64,000 nucleotides of DNA from NCBI GenBank assembly GCA_002269645.1, contig NIVC01001961.1:9641-73640 (forward strand), given 5' to 3'. The notes below the pieces were generated by a model, which worked only from the letters and a program-made list of their open reading frames with translations, was not told the origin of the DNA and made no database searches. Made by a program: the position numbers and the translations under genes. The DNA is from Macrostomum lignano. Taxonomy: Eukaryota. Position 1 is the stretch's first letter; each line of letters begins with the position of its first letter. Below are positions 33,501 to 45,355 of the stretch, piece after piece.

Positions 33501-36500
33501 TACCCCAATACCATCCCCGAATTCCATACCCCAATACCATCCCCGAATCCCATACCCCAATACCATTCCCGAATCCCATACCCCAATACCATCCCCGAAC
33601 CCCATACCCCAATACCATCCCCGAATCCCATACCCCAATACCATCCCCGAATCCCATACCCCAATACCATCCCAGAACCCCATACCCCAATACCATCCCC
33701 GAATCCCATACCCCAATACCATCCCCGAATCCCATATCCTCACAGCCTACTTCATTCCGCAACCCGGATATATTCCCAGCGTGAGCTACAAAATATCATT
33801 ACTGCGATCCCGAACCCAGGCTGTAGACGAATTTTTCCTCAAAATGGAGAGCCAACGCCTGGACCAGAAGGCCCTGCAGCAGGAGAAGGCGGCCCTGAAG
33901 AAGCTGGACAACATCAAGCAGGACCACGAGAAGCGGCTCGCCGAGCTGGCCGAAGCGCAGATCACCGACAGGGAGAAGGGCGAGCTGCTGCAGCTGAACC
34001 TGGCCGCGGTGGAGAAGGCCCTGCTGGTCATTAACAGCGCCCTGGCCAACCAGCTGGACTGGGAGGCCGTGGCTGAACTCGTGTCCACTGCCCGCGCCCA
34101 GGGCGACCCCGTGGCGGCCTTGATCCAGGTGATACTGGGCACTCTGGATTTTTAGTTGCTGGGCCAGCCTCCCAGATCCTCAGTTTCTGGGCCAGCCTCC
34201 CAGATCCTCAGTTGCTGGGCCAGCCTCCCAGATCCTCAGTTGCTGGGCCAGCCTCCCAGATCCTCAGTTGCTGTGCCAGCCTCCCAGATTCTCATTTGCT
34301 GGGCCAGCCTCCCAGATCCTTAGTTGCTAGGCCAGCCTCCCAGATTCTCAGTTGCTGGGCCCACCAGGCTCCCAGATCCTTAGTTGCTAGGCCAGCCTCC
34401 CAGATCCTCAGTTGCTAGGCCAGCCTCCCAGATTCTCATTTGCTGGGCCAGCCTTCCAGATCCTCAGTTGCTAGGCCAGCCTCCCAGATTCTCAGTTGCT
34501 GGGCCCACCAGCCTCCCAGATCCTCAGTTGCTGTGCCAGCCTCCCAGATTCTCATTTGCTGGGCCAGCCTCCCAGATCCTTAGCTGCTAGGCCAGCCTCC
34601 CAGATTCTCAGTTGCTGGGCCCTACCAGCCTCCCTCAGTTGCTGGGTCGCTGCCAGCCTCCCAGATCCCCATTTACTCAGCCGGTACGTTCCTGTCCATT
34701 TAAAGTAGACCTTGCTCTAAATAAAGCCGCGAATTTATGCAGGAGCTCCGCCTTGACCGCAACGCAATTGTGTTGCGCCTATCGAATCCGTTCGACCCGA
34801 GCACCGGAGTCACAACATTGAGATCGACCTGGCCACTAGCGCCTTCGGCAACGTCAAGCGGCTGTTCGACCAGAAGAAGCAGTTCGCAGCCAAAGAGGAG
34901 AAGACTAAGCTGGCGTCGGAGAAGGCGCTCAAAGCTGCCGATAAGAAGACGCATGAGATGCTTAAGGAGGCGCAGAAGGTGGGATTTTGTGGGTTTTCTG
35001 TGGGATTTGTAAGGGTTAAGTGTGGGATTCTGTTGGAATCTGTGAAATTTGTAAGGGCTTAGTGTGGGATTGTTTGGTTTTCTGTGGGATTCTGTGGGAT
35101 TTGTGAGAATTTAGTCTGGGATTCTGTGGGATTTGTAAGGGTTTAGTGTGGGTTTGTGTGGGTTTTCTGTGGGATTCTGTGGGATTTGTGAGGATTTAGT
35201 CTGGGATTCTGTGGGATTTGTAAGGGTTTAGTGTGGGATTGTGTGGGTTTTCGATGGGATTCTGTGGGATTTGTGAGGATTTAGTCTGGGATTCTGTGGG
35301 ATTTGTGATGATTTAGTCTGGGATTCTGTGGGATTTGTGTTGGATTTGTGAGGATTTAGTGTGGGATTCTGTTGGATTTGTGTTGGTTTAGTGTGGGATT
35401 TGTGAGGGTATAGTGTGGGATTCTGTGGGATTTGTAAGGGTTTAGTGTGGGATTGTGTGGTGTGGGACTCCACACGCCATTCCGCAACCCCACAAACATG
35501 GCAGGTGAGCAGCATCGCCAAAGTCCGCAAGCCGCTCTGGTTTGAGAAATTCTACTGGTTCGTCAGCAGCGAGAACTACGTTGTGATTGGCGGCCGCGAC
35601 CAGCAGCAGAACGAGTTGATCGTGAAGCGGCACCTCAAGGCCGGGGACCTGTACGTGCACGCGGACCTGCACGGAGCCAGCAGCGTGGTCATCAAGAACC
35701 CCACTGGAGAGCCGGTGCCGCCAAAGACTCTGAATGAGGCCGGCCAGATGGCTGTGGTGTACTCCAGCGCCTGGGCCGCCAAGGTGGTCAGCAACGCCTG
35801 GTGGGTGCACCATCACCAGGTGTCGAAGGTGGCTCCCACAGGCGAGTACCTGACCAGCGGCAGCTTCATGATCCGCGGCAAGAAGAACTTCCTGCCCAGC
35901 GTGCAGCTCACCTTCGGCTTCGGCTTCCTGTTTCGCATCGACGAGGAGTCGGTGCCGAATCACCGGGGCGAGCGCGCCGCGGCGCCCTACTCGGCCGCTG
36001 ACCTTGTCGGCGACGAGTCTGACGGAGCGGCCGCGGAGGCCAGCCTGCCGACTCTGCCGGAGGTGCTGGAGTTCGGCGAGGATGACGAGCAGCCGGCAGA
36101 CGGCACCAACGACGTGGAGATTCGCTACGAGTACGGCGCCGACGGTCGATTTGAGGTCGCCCGGCAGGCCTCGACGATGTCCGCCGCGGACAGCCACGCC
36201 GCCGAAGATGCCAGTGGGGCCGGCTCGCTTCGCCGCCGGGTTGACAGCGTGGCCTCCGTCACGTCTTCAACCAGCGGCAGGCGCAAGATGGCCGCTCACG
36301 AGAGGCGGGCGGCGCGCAGGCAGCTGAAGGCCCAGCAGCAGGCCAAAGATGGCACTGACTCATCAGAGTCGGCCGCCGCCAAACTCGAAGCTGACGAAGA
36401 CATGCAGAGCCTGCAGGTGGAGGATCTGGAGGCCGACGCCGGAGACACCGACAGCGACAGCGAAGATGACGAGCCCGGACTCGCATTGAAAGCAGAGCAG

Positions 36501-36648
36501 CCTGATAATGGGGGAGAGTCTGGACAGAGCTCAGATGATGATGCCGACACTGTCCAGCCTCTGGTGGCGGCTTCAGCAAAGCAAGAGGAAGCCTCAGCGG
36601 TGCCAGTCGAAACTCTGCAAACTTCTGCGCCTGGAAACAATCAGAAAA

Positions 36649-36694
<46 letters not shown>

Positions 36695-37334
36695 ACAGCT
36701 GGTGAAGCGGGGTCAGCGCTCCAAGCTGAAAAAGATGCAGGCCAAATACAAGGACCAGGACGAAGAGGACAGGCGGCTGGCTATGAGCCTGCTGCAGAGC
36801 GGCGGCAAGAAGCAGCAGCAACAGCAGCAAAAGCAGCAGCAGCAGCAGAAGCAGCAATCAAAGCAGAAGCAAAAGCAACAGCAACAGCAGAAGCAAAGAC
36901 AGCAGCAGCAGCCGCCCCAGCCGCAGCCTCCAGCGGCTGTCGCAGTCGCCGCCGAGGATCATCTGTTCGACGACGCAGACGACGACGAAGAGGCAGGCGC
37001 CGCCTCAGGCGCTGGCGGTCCCGGCGCCCAGGACCGCGAATTGCTGGAGTCCCTGACTGGCCAGCCGCTGCCAGACGACATTCTGCTGTTCGCCATACCC
37101 GTGTGCGCGCCCATCGGCACCCTGGCCTCTTACAAGTTCAAAGCCAAGCTGACCCCGGGCACGACCAAGCGAGGCAGAGCCGTCAAGACCGCCCTGGCCG
37201 TGTTCACCTCCGACAAGTCGTGCAGCCGCGCGGAGCGCGACCTCATGCGCGCAGTGAAGGACAATGACCTGTGCTGCAACCTGCCCGGCAAAGTCAAGCT
37301 GTCTCTGGCTGGAGTGACTAAGCAGAAAAAATGA
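30538..37334 (+). CDS. NEMF: Ribosome quality control subunit NEMF (Rqc2), ~1100 aa, with an apparent 1-nt deletion in exon 4
   Basis: Exons 30538-30678, 31357-32154, 33820-34128, 34743-34978 and 35505-37334. Motifs: MKARFTTLDI, NVYDINNKTYLIRL, SGFSMKLRKHIKNKRLE, ELYDKGN, WFEKFYWFVSSENY..IGGRDQQQNE, YVHADLHGASS, KVAPTGEYLTSGSFMIRGKKNFL, LFAIPVCAP, KAKLTPG..KRG. Confidence 0.94.
30830..31320. repeat. 21 bp minisatellite in NEMF intron 1
   Basis: Unit ggaatcgccct(t/c)t(g/a)atcttta. Confidence 0.95.
32190..33740. repeat. 25 bp minisatellite in NEMF intron 2
   Basis: Unit cccataccccaataccatccccgaa; source of the GMGFGDGIG ORF artefacts. Confidence 0.97.
34155..34670. repeat. ~28 bp minisatellite in NEMF intron 3
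   Basis: Unit gggccagcctcccagatcctcagttgct. Confidence 0.95.
34979..35460. repeat. GT-rich degenerate minisatellite in NEMF intron 4
   Basis: gtgggattctgtgggattt units starting at the donor. Confidence 0.92.
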
Positions 37335-37551
37335 TTATGCTTCATTTTCATATTTGACTTGTACAGGCTCTACTGATGTTGAGAATCGCCCTCTACACCC
37401 TGGTGAATTTTTGTTTGCGTCGGTATCTGGCTCATTCGTTTCCTTTATCGCAATGCAGATTAATGGACACTGTCAATTCTGTCCGAGCCAAGGACTACTA
37501 AAAGTAGAAGGACGGAAAACCTCGTTTCTTAGAAAATTTTAGAATAGGCAG

Positions 37552-37819
37552 AATTGGGACATGTGCAACCGACAGCTCAGCCGCAGCTATTGCGCGGCGC
37601 ATCTGAAGGCTGCGTACGGCTGTTCAGTCCAAGGACTGGGGGGGGGGTCGCCACACACGCCCTCAATTACCCCAGCTAATGCTGGCACCCATTTGAACTG
37701 AAGCAATTCAAAGTTAAGTGTCTTGCTCAAGGACACAATTTGTTCCGAGTGGGATCGGGAATCGAACCCCCGATCTTCCAGTCGTGAGTCAGACGCTCTA
37801 ACCACTGGGCTACAACCCC
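37552..37819 (-). mobile_element. tRNA-derived CORE-SINE, copy 1
   Basis: Reverse complement starts ggggttgtagcccagtggttagagcg (A box), then ggttcgattcc (B box), then the CORE-like tgtgtccttgagcaagacacttaac. Near-identical to 59608-59883. Confidence 0.88.
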
Positions 37820-38189
37820 ATTTGTACCATTTTTATGATTATTAGGCACCGTACATACTCGTATACCGGTGCAAGTCGGCATTTAAACCTAGGATATAAA
37901 GTTAACATAGAATTTCTATTTTCTAAATGAAGAGCTTTATAAATATCAATGAGAGCCTAAGAAATGTAGTTTTCCTCCTACTACTTGAGCAGTCCTTGGT
38001 CTGATTCTGTGCGCTGCAGTGGCGCATAAATAAATAAAATCAACTCTAGTTACCAAGTTTCTGTATTTTGTAGAAATTATCGTGGCTGTTTGTCCTCAGA
38101 TGTAAAAATTCGCTATTGAGAAATCAGTGTTTATTTATTTACTATAGAAACTACTACTTATACTATAGCATGCAACTACTGTGCAAAAT

Positions 38190-38651
38190 CTACGGCACAA
38201 AGTGCAGTCTGCAATTGTCAGCCATTGGTTTCGGCGCCAGCACCCTGGCGCCAAGGCAAGCGCCAACTGCGGCCATCACGGCTCCCCTCCGCCTGGCCTT
38301 GCACTCGAGGTTCTTGTAGCTCGGGCCGCTCGGCCGGCCGTGGCTGGACTCGCAGACCAGCTCTGTGAAAATCCCTGTTGCCGGATGTCCGGTCTGGCAC
38401 AGCCGGCTGCCGCAGGCCTCCCTGCGTAACGGGGTGCAGCTCAGCAGCGTCTTCTGCCTCCGCCAGGCGCTCCTGTTCCACACCGCGAAGTCGGCGCCGT
38501 CTCGCTCTGGAAGCGCCAGCGCGCCACCCGTGCTGAGCAGTTCAGCAAACTGCGGACAGTCCTGCAGGATTCTGGAGCGCAGGTCCGCGGAGGCGTTGAC
38601 CGCTGCCAGCAAGTGCGCGATGATCAGCAATGTCACTAGGCCTGCGGACAT
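38190..38651 (-). CDS. Unrecognised secreted Cys-containing protein, paralog A (153 aa, intronless)
   Basis: ATG-to-stop ORF with a hydrophobic N-terminus (MSAGLVTLLIIAHLLAAVNASA). It shares CPQFAELLSTG and GACLGARVLAP with the paralog at 40116-40568. Upstream TATAAAAG; AATAAA on the minus strand near 38135. Confidence 0.85.
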   Translation of the reverse strand: MSAGLVTLLIIAHLLAAVNASADLRSRILQDCPQFAELLSTGGALALPERDGADFAVWNRSAWRRQKTLLSCTPLRREACGSRLCQTGHPATGIFTELVCESSHGRPSGPSYKNLECKARRRGAVMAAVGACLGARVLAPKPMADNCRLHFVP

Positions 38652-38713
38652 TGTTGCTTGTCAGTTGGATTCTTCTCTTTCTGAGTTGTCTTCGTGTCTT
38701 GCCAGCTGGCTTG

Positions 38714-38721
38714 CTTTTATA
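38714..38721 (-). promoter_or_regulatory. TATA box of paralog A
   Basis: TATAAAAG on the minus strand ~63 nt upstream of the ATG. Confidence 0.55.
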
Positions 38722-39609
38722 CACAAACCTGATGTTCGCAGCAACTGTAACACTTCCTGTAACGCGTAATCTGCGTCACTGACACATGATCCGCGGGTAG
38801 AAAAATTACCTGCCAGGTAGTAGTAGCCCGGGTGTCATTGTTCCTGTGAGTCCTTCCTAATCTCTAGGCGTTCTATCGTCCATATTCTAAAAATTCGAAT
38901 GCTAAAAATAGAAGCGAACACTTCAACACTTGGGCAGACTGCGCGTACTGAGTGCTGTTCTAAATTTATCTGAGCAGCTTGAGCTGCGGTGTTTTGCTGT
39001 GCTGAGCTTATGGCGACGGCAAGCCCAACTCAGTTGAAGGGCATGAATCAGAAGATGGAAGTCAGTGATGACGGAGAATGGAGGTTTCCATTTTTTCAGC
39101 ACCAAAATTTTTATTGCTTTTGATAGCGAGCAGACCCATCTTGCTTAGCTTACGATATAAGTAATAATTTTATCAGCTTCACATTCAGTAAGCGAGCCTT
39201 TATTAAAGTAGAATTAAAAGGATTTAATTATATATTGGGCTAATATAGGCCATACTTATGAATAGAAGCCTGGTCTAGTCAATGTGTCTCATTTATCTGA
39301 ATGCAAAATCAACCAGCTAAGCTTGATAAAAAGATGGAAAAACAAACGAATCACATTGAAAAGTTTTATTTTTAAGGCACAGGGCGTATCCGTAAGATAT
39401 AAAATTTATATAGAATCCGAATTCTGCAAAATCTCTATGAATACTTAATACAGCTCTTTAAGAAAGGCAAGTCACATCAAAAGATGGACATTGGGTCTGC
39501 CATCAAAACAAATCAAAATCAAAACCTAACCCTAAACCTTCATACTCCGATGTACGAGTACCGGTAAATCTGCCTCATAAAAACTTCCAGAGTTGTCCTT
39601 GGTGGTAGC

Positions 39610-39850
39610 ACATTGAAAAGTCAGATGGAAGTCAGCAGTGACACATTGAAAAGTCAGATGGAAGTCAGCAGTGACACATTGAAAAGTCAGATGGAAGTCA
39701 GCAGTGACACATTGAAAAGTCGGATGGAAGTCAGCAGTGACATTGAAAAGTCGGATGGAAGTCAGCAGTGACACATTGAAAAGTCAGATGGAAGTCAGCA
39801 GTGACATTGAAAAGTCAGATGGAGGTAAGCAGTGACACATTGAAAAGTCA
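39610..39850. repeat. 33 bp minisatellite
   Basis: About 7 copies of gacacattgaaaagtcagatggaagtcagcagt. Confidence 0.95.
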
Positions 39851-40115
39851 GGAAATTCGGAAGTGAGGCAGTGAAACTTCGTATCAAATAAAATTTCTGA
39901 TTGAAGCAGACACTTCTACAGACTTTGAGATGCTCCAATTTGCTGGCAGTTAAAAAAGTGAACTCAATTCAGTTTTAAAAAAATTGGATTGTAATGCAAC
40001 TACTGACAATCTACTGTGTAGGTCAAGTGCAAGCATGTATTTTATCATTTAGCATTTAAATAAATCTCGAAGAACATGCAGACATTCACACAAGCGCGGG
40101 GCGGACAGCAAGATT

Positions 40116-40568
40116 TCAGTCAGAATTCTCAGCAAGGCGCAGGTTGCAGTCTCCGGCCATGGCTCTCGGCGCCAACACCCTGGCGCCAAGGCAAGCGCCA
40201 ATCGCGGCCAGCACGTGGCGCCTCGGCCTGGAGCTGCACCGGAAGGATCCGTACTGCGTCGCGGGGCTGGAGCCACCGGGGCAGGCCACCTCCTCGTATT
40301 CGCCACTGCCCACCAGCGGGTGCGCCACTCTCCGCCGCCGGCTGTTGCAGGCGTCCTTGTGGATCAGCCGGACGCTCCTCGGCTGCCTCGCCTCCTTCCA
40401 GGTGCCGCTGGTCCAGACGGCTCCTCCGTTCGGCCGCAGGTCTAATGCTGCACCTGTGCTGAGCAGCTCGGCGAACTGCGGGCACTCCTGCTTGATGCGG
40501 AGCCGCAGGTCGCATGTCGCCAGCGTTGACAGAGCAACGAAAGTCAGGTAGCCGAGCATGTGGCGCAT
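40116..40568 (-). CDS. Unrecognised secreted Cys-containing protein, paralog B (~150 aa, intronless)
   Basis: MRHMLGYLTFVALSTLATCDLRLRIKQECPQFAELLSTG...AAIGACLGARVLAPRAMAGDCNLRL. The start may be 40568 or 40559. Confidence 0.85.
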   Translation of the reverse strand: MRHMLGYLTFVALSTLATCDLRLRIKQECPQFAELLSTGAALDLRPNGGAVWTSGTWKEARQPRSVRLIHKDACNSRRRRVAHPLVGSGEYEEVACPGGSSPATQYGSFRCSSRPRRHVLAAIGACLGARVLAPRAMAGDCNLRLAENSD

Positions 40569-40669
40569 CTTGAGTTGGTCTGCTCTGCAAGGTAGAGAAA
40601 CTTGTTCGGAGTTCTTGAGCTGCGAGTTGGCTGCTGAGGTCGGAGGAGATCGTGGCCCGCATGGTCCTG

Positions 40670-40677
40670 TATTTATA
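40670..40677 (-). promoter_or_regulatory. TATA box of paralog B
   Basis: TATAAATA on the minus strand ~100 nt upstream of the ATG. Confidence 0.55.
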
Positions 40678-41019
40678 GGCTGGGCCAAACCAGCCCAGAT
40701 CCTTGATGGCGGCCAAAAATCAGGAATTAATTCAAGTCTCCCCGGATGCTGCGCAAGTTTTTTATATTGTAAAATGATGGCATGCGTGTCGCTAGCCCGA
40801 ATCTGCCATTGGCCGAGCGAGTCGGAGACTACTAAAAACATATGCAACCTGGAGTTGGCGGAACCGACTGAGTGAAAAATAATTACCCAGAGTTAGCGGC
40901 AATTCAGGAAGCTGAAAATTGCTTAAAGAAAGTTTTTTTTATATTTGAATCAGTAATAAATCTGATATTCAGGTGTGGATTTTTGATTGGGATAATAATA
41001 GGGATATACTAATAGGGAT

Positions 41020-41240
41020 CGCCGATGGGGGCACCGATGGGGCGCCGATGGGGCGCCGATAAGGGCGCTAATTGGTGGCGCCGATGGGGGCGCCGATGGG
41101 GGCGCCGATGGGGGCACCTATGGGGGCGCTGATGGGGCGCCGATAAGGGTGCTAATTGGTGGCGCCGATGGGGGCACCTATGGGGGCGCTGATGGGGCGC
41201 CGATAAGGGTGCTAATTGGTGGCGCCGATGTGGGCGCTGA
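41020..41240. repeat. GC-rich 11-12 bp repeat ggggcgccgat
   Basis: Includes an adjacent ~60 bp block duplication. Confidence 0.92.
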
Positions 41241-41924
41241 TGCCCACGTATTTTCCGCTCTTTTCAGTTGGGTAATTTAAAAATTTGTAAATTAACAAAT
41301 CTTTATTGCCTACCCTATAAGCATCTTTGATAAGTTTTTTCTTTCCATTCCGAGCTTCTCTATCTAGAAGTCTTTGCGTCAATGTAGCTTTTTTTATGAA
41401 ATCTGCATTGTTACCTTGTCTGTTTGACTGTTGCCGCAAAGCGGTTTATGACCGGCAGTGAGTCACTTGAGCGTCTCGTCCCACCCCCCTCTCCTTTCTG
41501 TTTAGCCTCTGGTTGCGGAACAAGTTATTGCAACTGCTACAAGGGTAATAGTGGATGCAATAAAACCGTAGCTTTGTGTTCGTCCGGCACCTTCTTTGCG
41601 ACTGCGCGAAGCCGGGTGCGAGTCAGCTTCTCAGCTTCACGCGATGCGGACGGACACTGAAGCGACTTTCTTAGATGAGGATGTACAGATAGAGCCTTTT
41701 TATATAAATTATTTTTAAGGTCACTAGTACTGGCGTCCTCACCTAAGTTATTGTATAATGCCTGATTTATTGAGGAACTAGGGGGGGGGGGAGGGGCAGC
41801 TCGCTACCCGACAATTCGAAATGAAACAAACGACCTGCCTTGAGACTTGAGTGCAATTTTGAGGACTCGAGTGCACATCTCAGCATTCCAGATGCGTCGG
41901 ATGGCGCTGAATGGGGAGCTCAGG

Positions 41925-42750
41925 TGTGTTAGATATGTTAGACATGGAGTTCCACCTGTTAGATACAACGAGTGTGTGTTAGACATGTTAGACATGGAGT
42001 TTCACCTGTTAGATTCAACAAGGGTGTGTTAGACATGTTAGACATGGAGTTTCACCTGTTAGATTCAACAGGGGTGTGTTAGACATGTTAGACATGGAGT
42101 TTCACCTGTTAGATACAACAGGTGTGTTAAACATGTTAGTCATGGAATTATATCTGTTAGATACAGCAGGTGTGTGTGTGTTAGACATGTTAGACATGTT
42201 AAACATGGAATTCCATCTGTTAGATACAGCAGGCGTGTGTTAGACATGTTAGACATGGAATTCCATCTGCTAGATATAGCAGGCGTGTGTTAGACATGTT
42301 AGACATGGAATTCCACCTGTTAGATATAGCAGGCATGTGTTAGACATGTTAGACATGGAATTCCACCTGCTAGATATAGCAGGCGTGTGTTAGACATGTT
42401 AGACATGGAATTCCACCTGCTAGATATAGCAGGCGTGTGTTAGACATGTTAGACATGGAATTCCATCTGCTAGATATAGCAGGCGTGTGTTAGACATGTT
42501 AGACATGGAATTCCACCTGTTAGATATAGCAGGCATGTGTTAGACATGTTAGACATGGAATTCCACCTGCTAGATATAGCAGGCGTGTGTTAGACATGTT
42601 AGACATGGAATTCCACCTGCTAGATATAGCAGGCGTGTGTTAGACATGTTAGACATGGAATTCCATCTGCTAGATATAGCAGGCGTGTGTTAGACATGTT
42701 AGACATGGAATTCCACCTGCTAGATATAGCACGCGTGTGTTAGACATGCT
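41925..42750. repeat. ~50 bp minisatellite
   Basis: Unit ttagacatgttagacatggaattccacctgctagatatagcaggcgtgtg. Confidence 0.96.
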
Positions 42751-43129
42751 AGACTTAAAATTTGTGCTTTTTTACATGCTTATATTTCCTTTGGTATGCA
42801 CCTCAAAGGCACCAAATTATTGCACTGACACCCTTAATAAATCTTGCAAAAAGAAGTTGCAGTTTAACTTGCTTACTATAAGTAGGCGCAATTGGCATGT
42901 TACGAGTATATTTGTTATGGGCATTCGATGTGAAAAAGCAATGAGCTGTTATTTGACGGCTGTCAACATTGACAAAGAGTGGCGGAGAACGAAATGCGTG
43001 TAGGTGAGAGGTGAGATAGGAGGTGATATGAGAGACGGAACTGGGAAAGGTTGGAGACCTGTGCGAGCGAGGGGTGGAAAGAGGATAGGAGAGGGATGGG
43101 GCTGTGGGGTAGAGGGGGCATTGGGAGTA

Positions 43130-43662
43130 GAGGGGCAGTGGGAGTAGAGGAGGCAGTGGGAGTAGAGGGAGGCAGTGGGAGTAGAGGGGGCATTGGGAGT
43201 AGAGGGGGCAGTGGGAGTAGAGAGGGCAGTGGGAGTAGAGGGAGGCAGTGGGAGTAGAGGGGCAGTGGGAGTGGGAGTAGAGGGGGCAGTGGGAGTAGAG
43301 GGGGCAGTGGGAGTAGAGGGAGGCAGTGGGAGTAGAGGGGCAGTGGGAGTAGAGGGGGCAGTGGGAGTAGAGGGAGGCAGTGGGAGTAGAGGGGGCAGTG
43401 GGAGTAGAGGGGCAGTGGGAGTAGAGGGGGCAGTGGGAGTAGAGAGGGCAGTGGGAGTAGAGGGGCAGTGGGAGTAGAGGGGGCAGTGGGAGTAGAGGGA
43501 GGCAGTGGGAGTAGAGGGGGGCAGTGGGAGTAGAGGGAGGCAGTGGGAGTAGAGGGGGCAGTGGGAGTAGAGGGGGCAGTGGGAGTAGAGGGGGGCAGTG
43601 GGAGTAGAGGGGGGCAGTGGGAGTAGAGGGGGCAGTGGGAGTAGAGGGGGCAGTGGGAGTAG
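43130..43662. repeat. 18-19 bp G-rich minisatellite
   Basis: Unit gggcagtgggagtagagg. Confidence 0.96.
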
Positions 43663-44039
43663 AGTGAAGGTAGGAGAAGAACGAATAGAAAGTGTGAGAA
43701 TTTGGGATTAGAAATAAAAATTTAGCGGATTTAAAGAACGCAACAATTATAATTACAACCTTGGATCTCTTTCCGCTAAAATTGAATTTGCTCAAGAGAT
43801 ATTCAAGCGAATTAGTTTTTGAAAGAACTCAAACATTGTTAGAATCGTGCCATTTTCATCTTTTACCTGTCTTTCTGTATAAGTGCGCAATTTTTGAATT
43901 TGGTATTCCCAAGTTATCCCAAGAGAACAGCTAGCTTGAGGATCAAACCAAAACTATTATTTTTTATCAGAATCATCTAAAAAGCATATTAGTAGCATTT
44001 GGCGCCGAATTTTAGTAGAATTCAGCGTCAAGTATTTCT

Positions 44040-45355
44040 TGCATTTAGCGCCAAATATTAGTAGCATTTAGCTCCAAATATTAGTAGCATTTAGCTCCAA
44101 ATATTAGTAGCATTTAGCGCCAAGAATTAGTTGCATTTAGCTCCAAATATTAGTAGCATTTAGCGCCAAATATTAGTAGCATTTAGCGCCAAGAATCGGT
44201 AGCATTTAGCTCCAAATATTAGTAGCATTTAGCGCCAAGAATTAGTTGCATTTAGCTCCAAATATTAGTAGCATTTAGCGCCAAATATTAGTAGCATTTA
44301 GCGCCAAGAATCGGTAGTATTTAGCTCCAAATATTAGTAGCATTTAGCGCCAAGAATTAGTTGCATTTAGCGCCAAGAGTTAGTAGCATGTAGCGCCAAG
44401 AATTAGTTGCATTTAGCGCCAAGAGTTAGTAGCATTTAGCGCCAAGAATTAGTTGCATTTAGCGCCAAGAGTTAGTTGCATTTAGCGCCAAGAGTTAGTA
44501 GCATTTAGCGCCAAGAATTAGTTGCATTTAGCGCCAAGAGTTAGTAGCATTTAGCGCCAAGAGTTAGTTGCATTTAGCGCCAAGAATTAGTAGCATTTAG
44601 CGCCAAGAATTAGTTGCATTTAGCGCCAAGAGTTAGTAGCATTTAGCGCCAAGAGTTAGTAGCATTTAGCGCCAAGAATTAGTAGCATTTAGCGCCAAGA
44701 ATTAGTTGCATTTAGCGCCAAGAATTAGTTGCATTTAGCGCCAAGAATTAGTTGCATTTAGCGCCAAGAGTTAGTTGCATTTAGCGCCAAGAGTTAGTAG
44801 CATTTAGCGCCAAGAGTTAGTTGCATTTAGCGCCAAGAATTAGTAGCATTTAGCGCCAAGAATTAGTTGCATTTAGCGCCAAGAGTTAGTAGCATTTAGC
44901 GCCAAGAGTTAGTTGCATTTAGCGCCAAGAGTTAGTAGCATTTAGCGCCAAGAGTTAGTAGCATTTAGCGCCAAGAATTAGTTGCATTTAGCGCCAAGAG
45001 TTAGTAGCATTTAGCGCCAAGAGTTAGTTGCATTTAGCGCCAAGAGTTAGTAGCATTTAGCGCCAAGAATTAGTAGCATTTAGCGCCAAGAATTAGTTGC
45101 ATTTAGCGCCAAGAATTAGTTGCATTTAGCGCCAAGAATTAGTTGCATTTAGCGCCAAGAGTTAGTTGCATTTAGCGCCAAGAGTTAGTAGCATTTAGCG
45201 CCAAGAGTTAGTTGCATTTAGCGCCAAGAATTAGTAGCATTTAGCGCCAAGAATTAGTTGCATTTAGCGCCAAGAGTTAGTAGCATTTAGCGCCAAGAGT
45301 TAGTTGCATTTAGCGCCAAGAGTTAGTAGCATTTAGCGCCAAGAGTTAGTTGCAT
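44040..45355. repeat. 23 bp minisatellite
   Basis: Unit gcatttagcgccaaga(g/a)ttagt(a/t). Confidence 0.97.

Noticed and set aside
34802-34978. Alternative NEMF acceptor at ccgag|cac that would restore the frame
   Set aside because: It is a weak GAG acceptor and would delete the conserved ELRLDRN...LSNPF segment.
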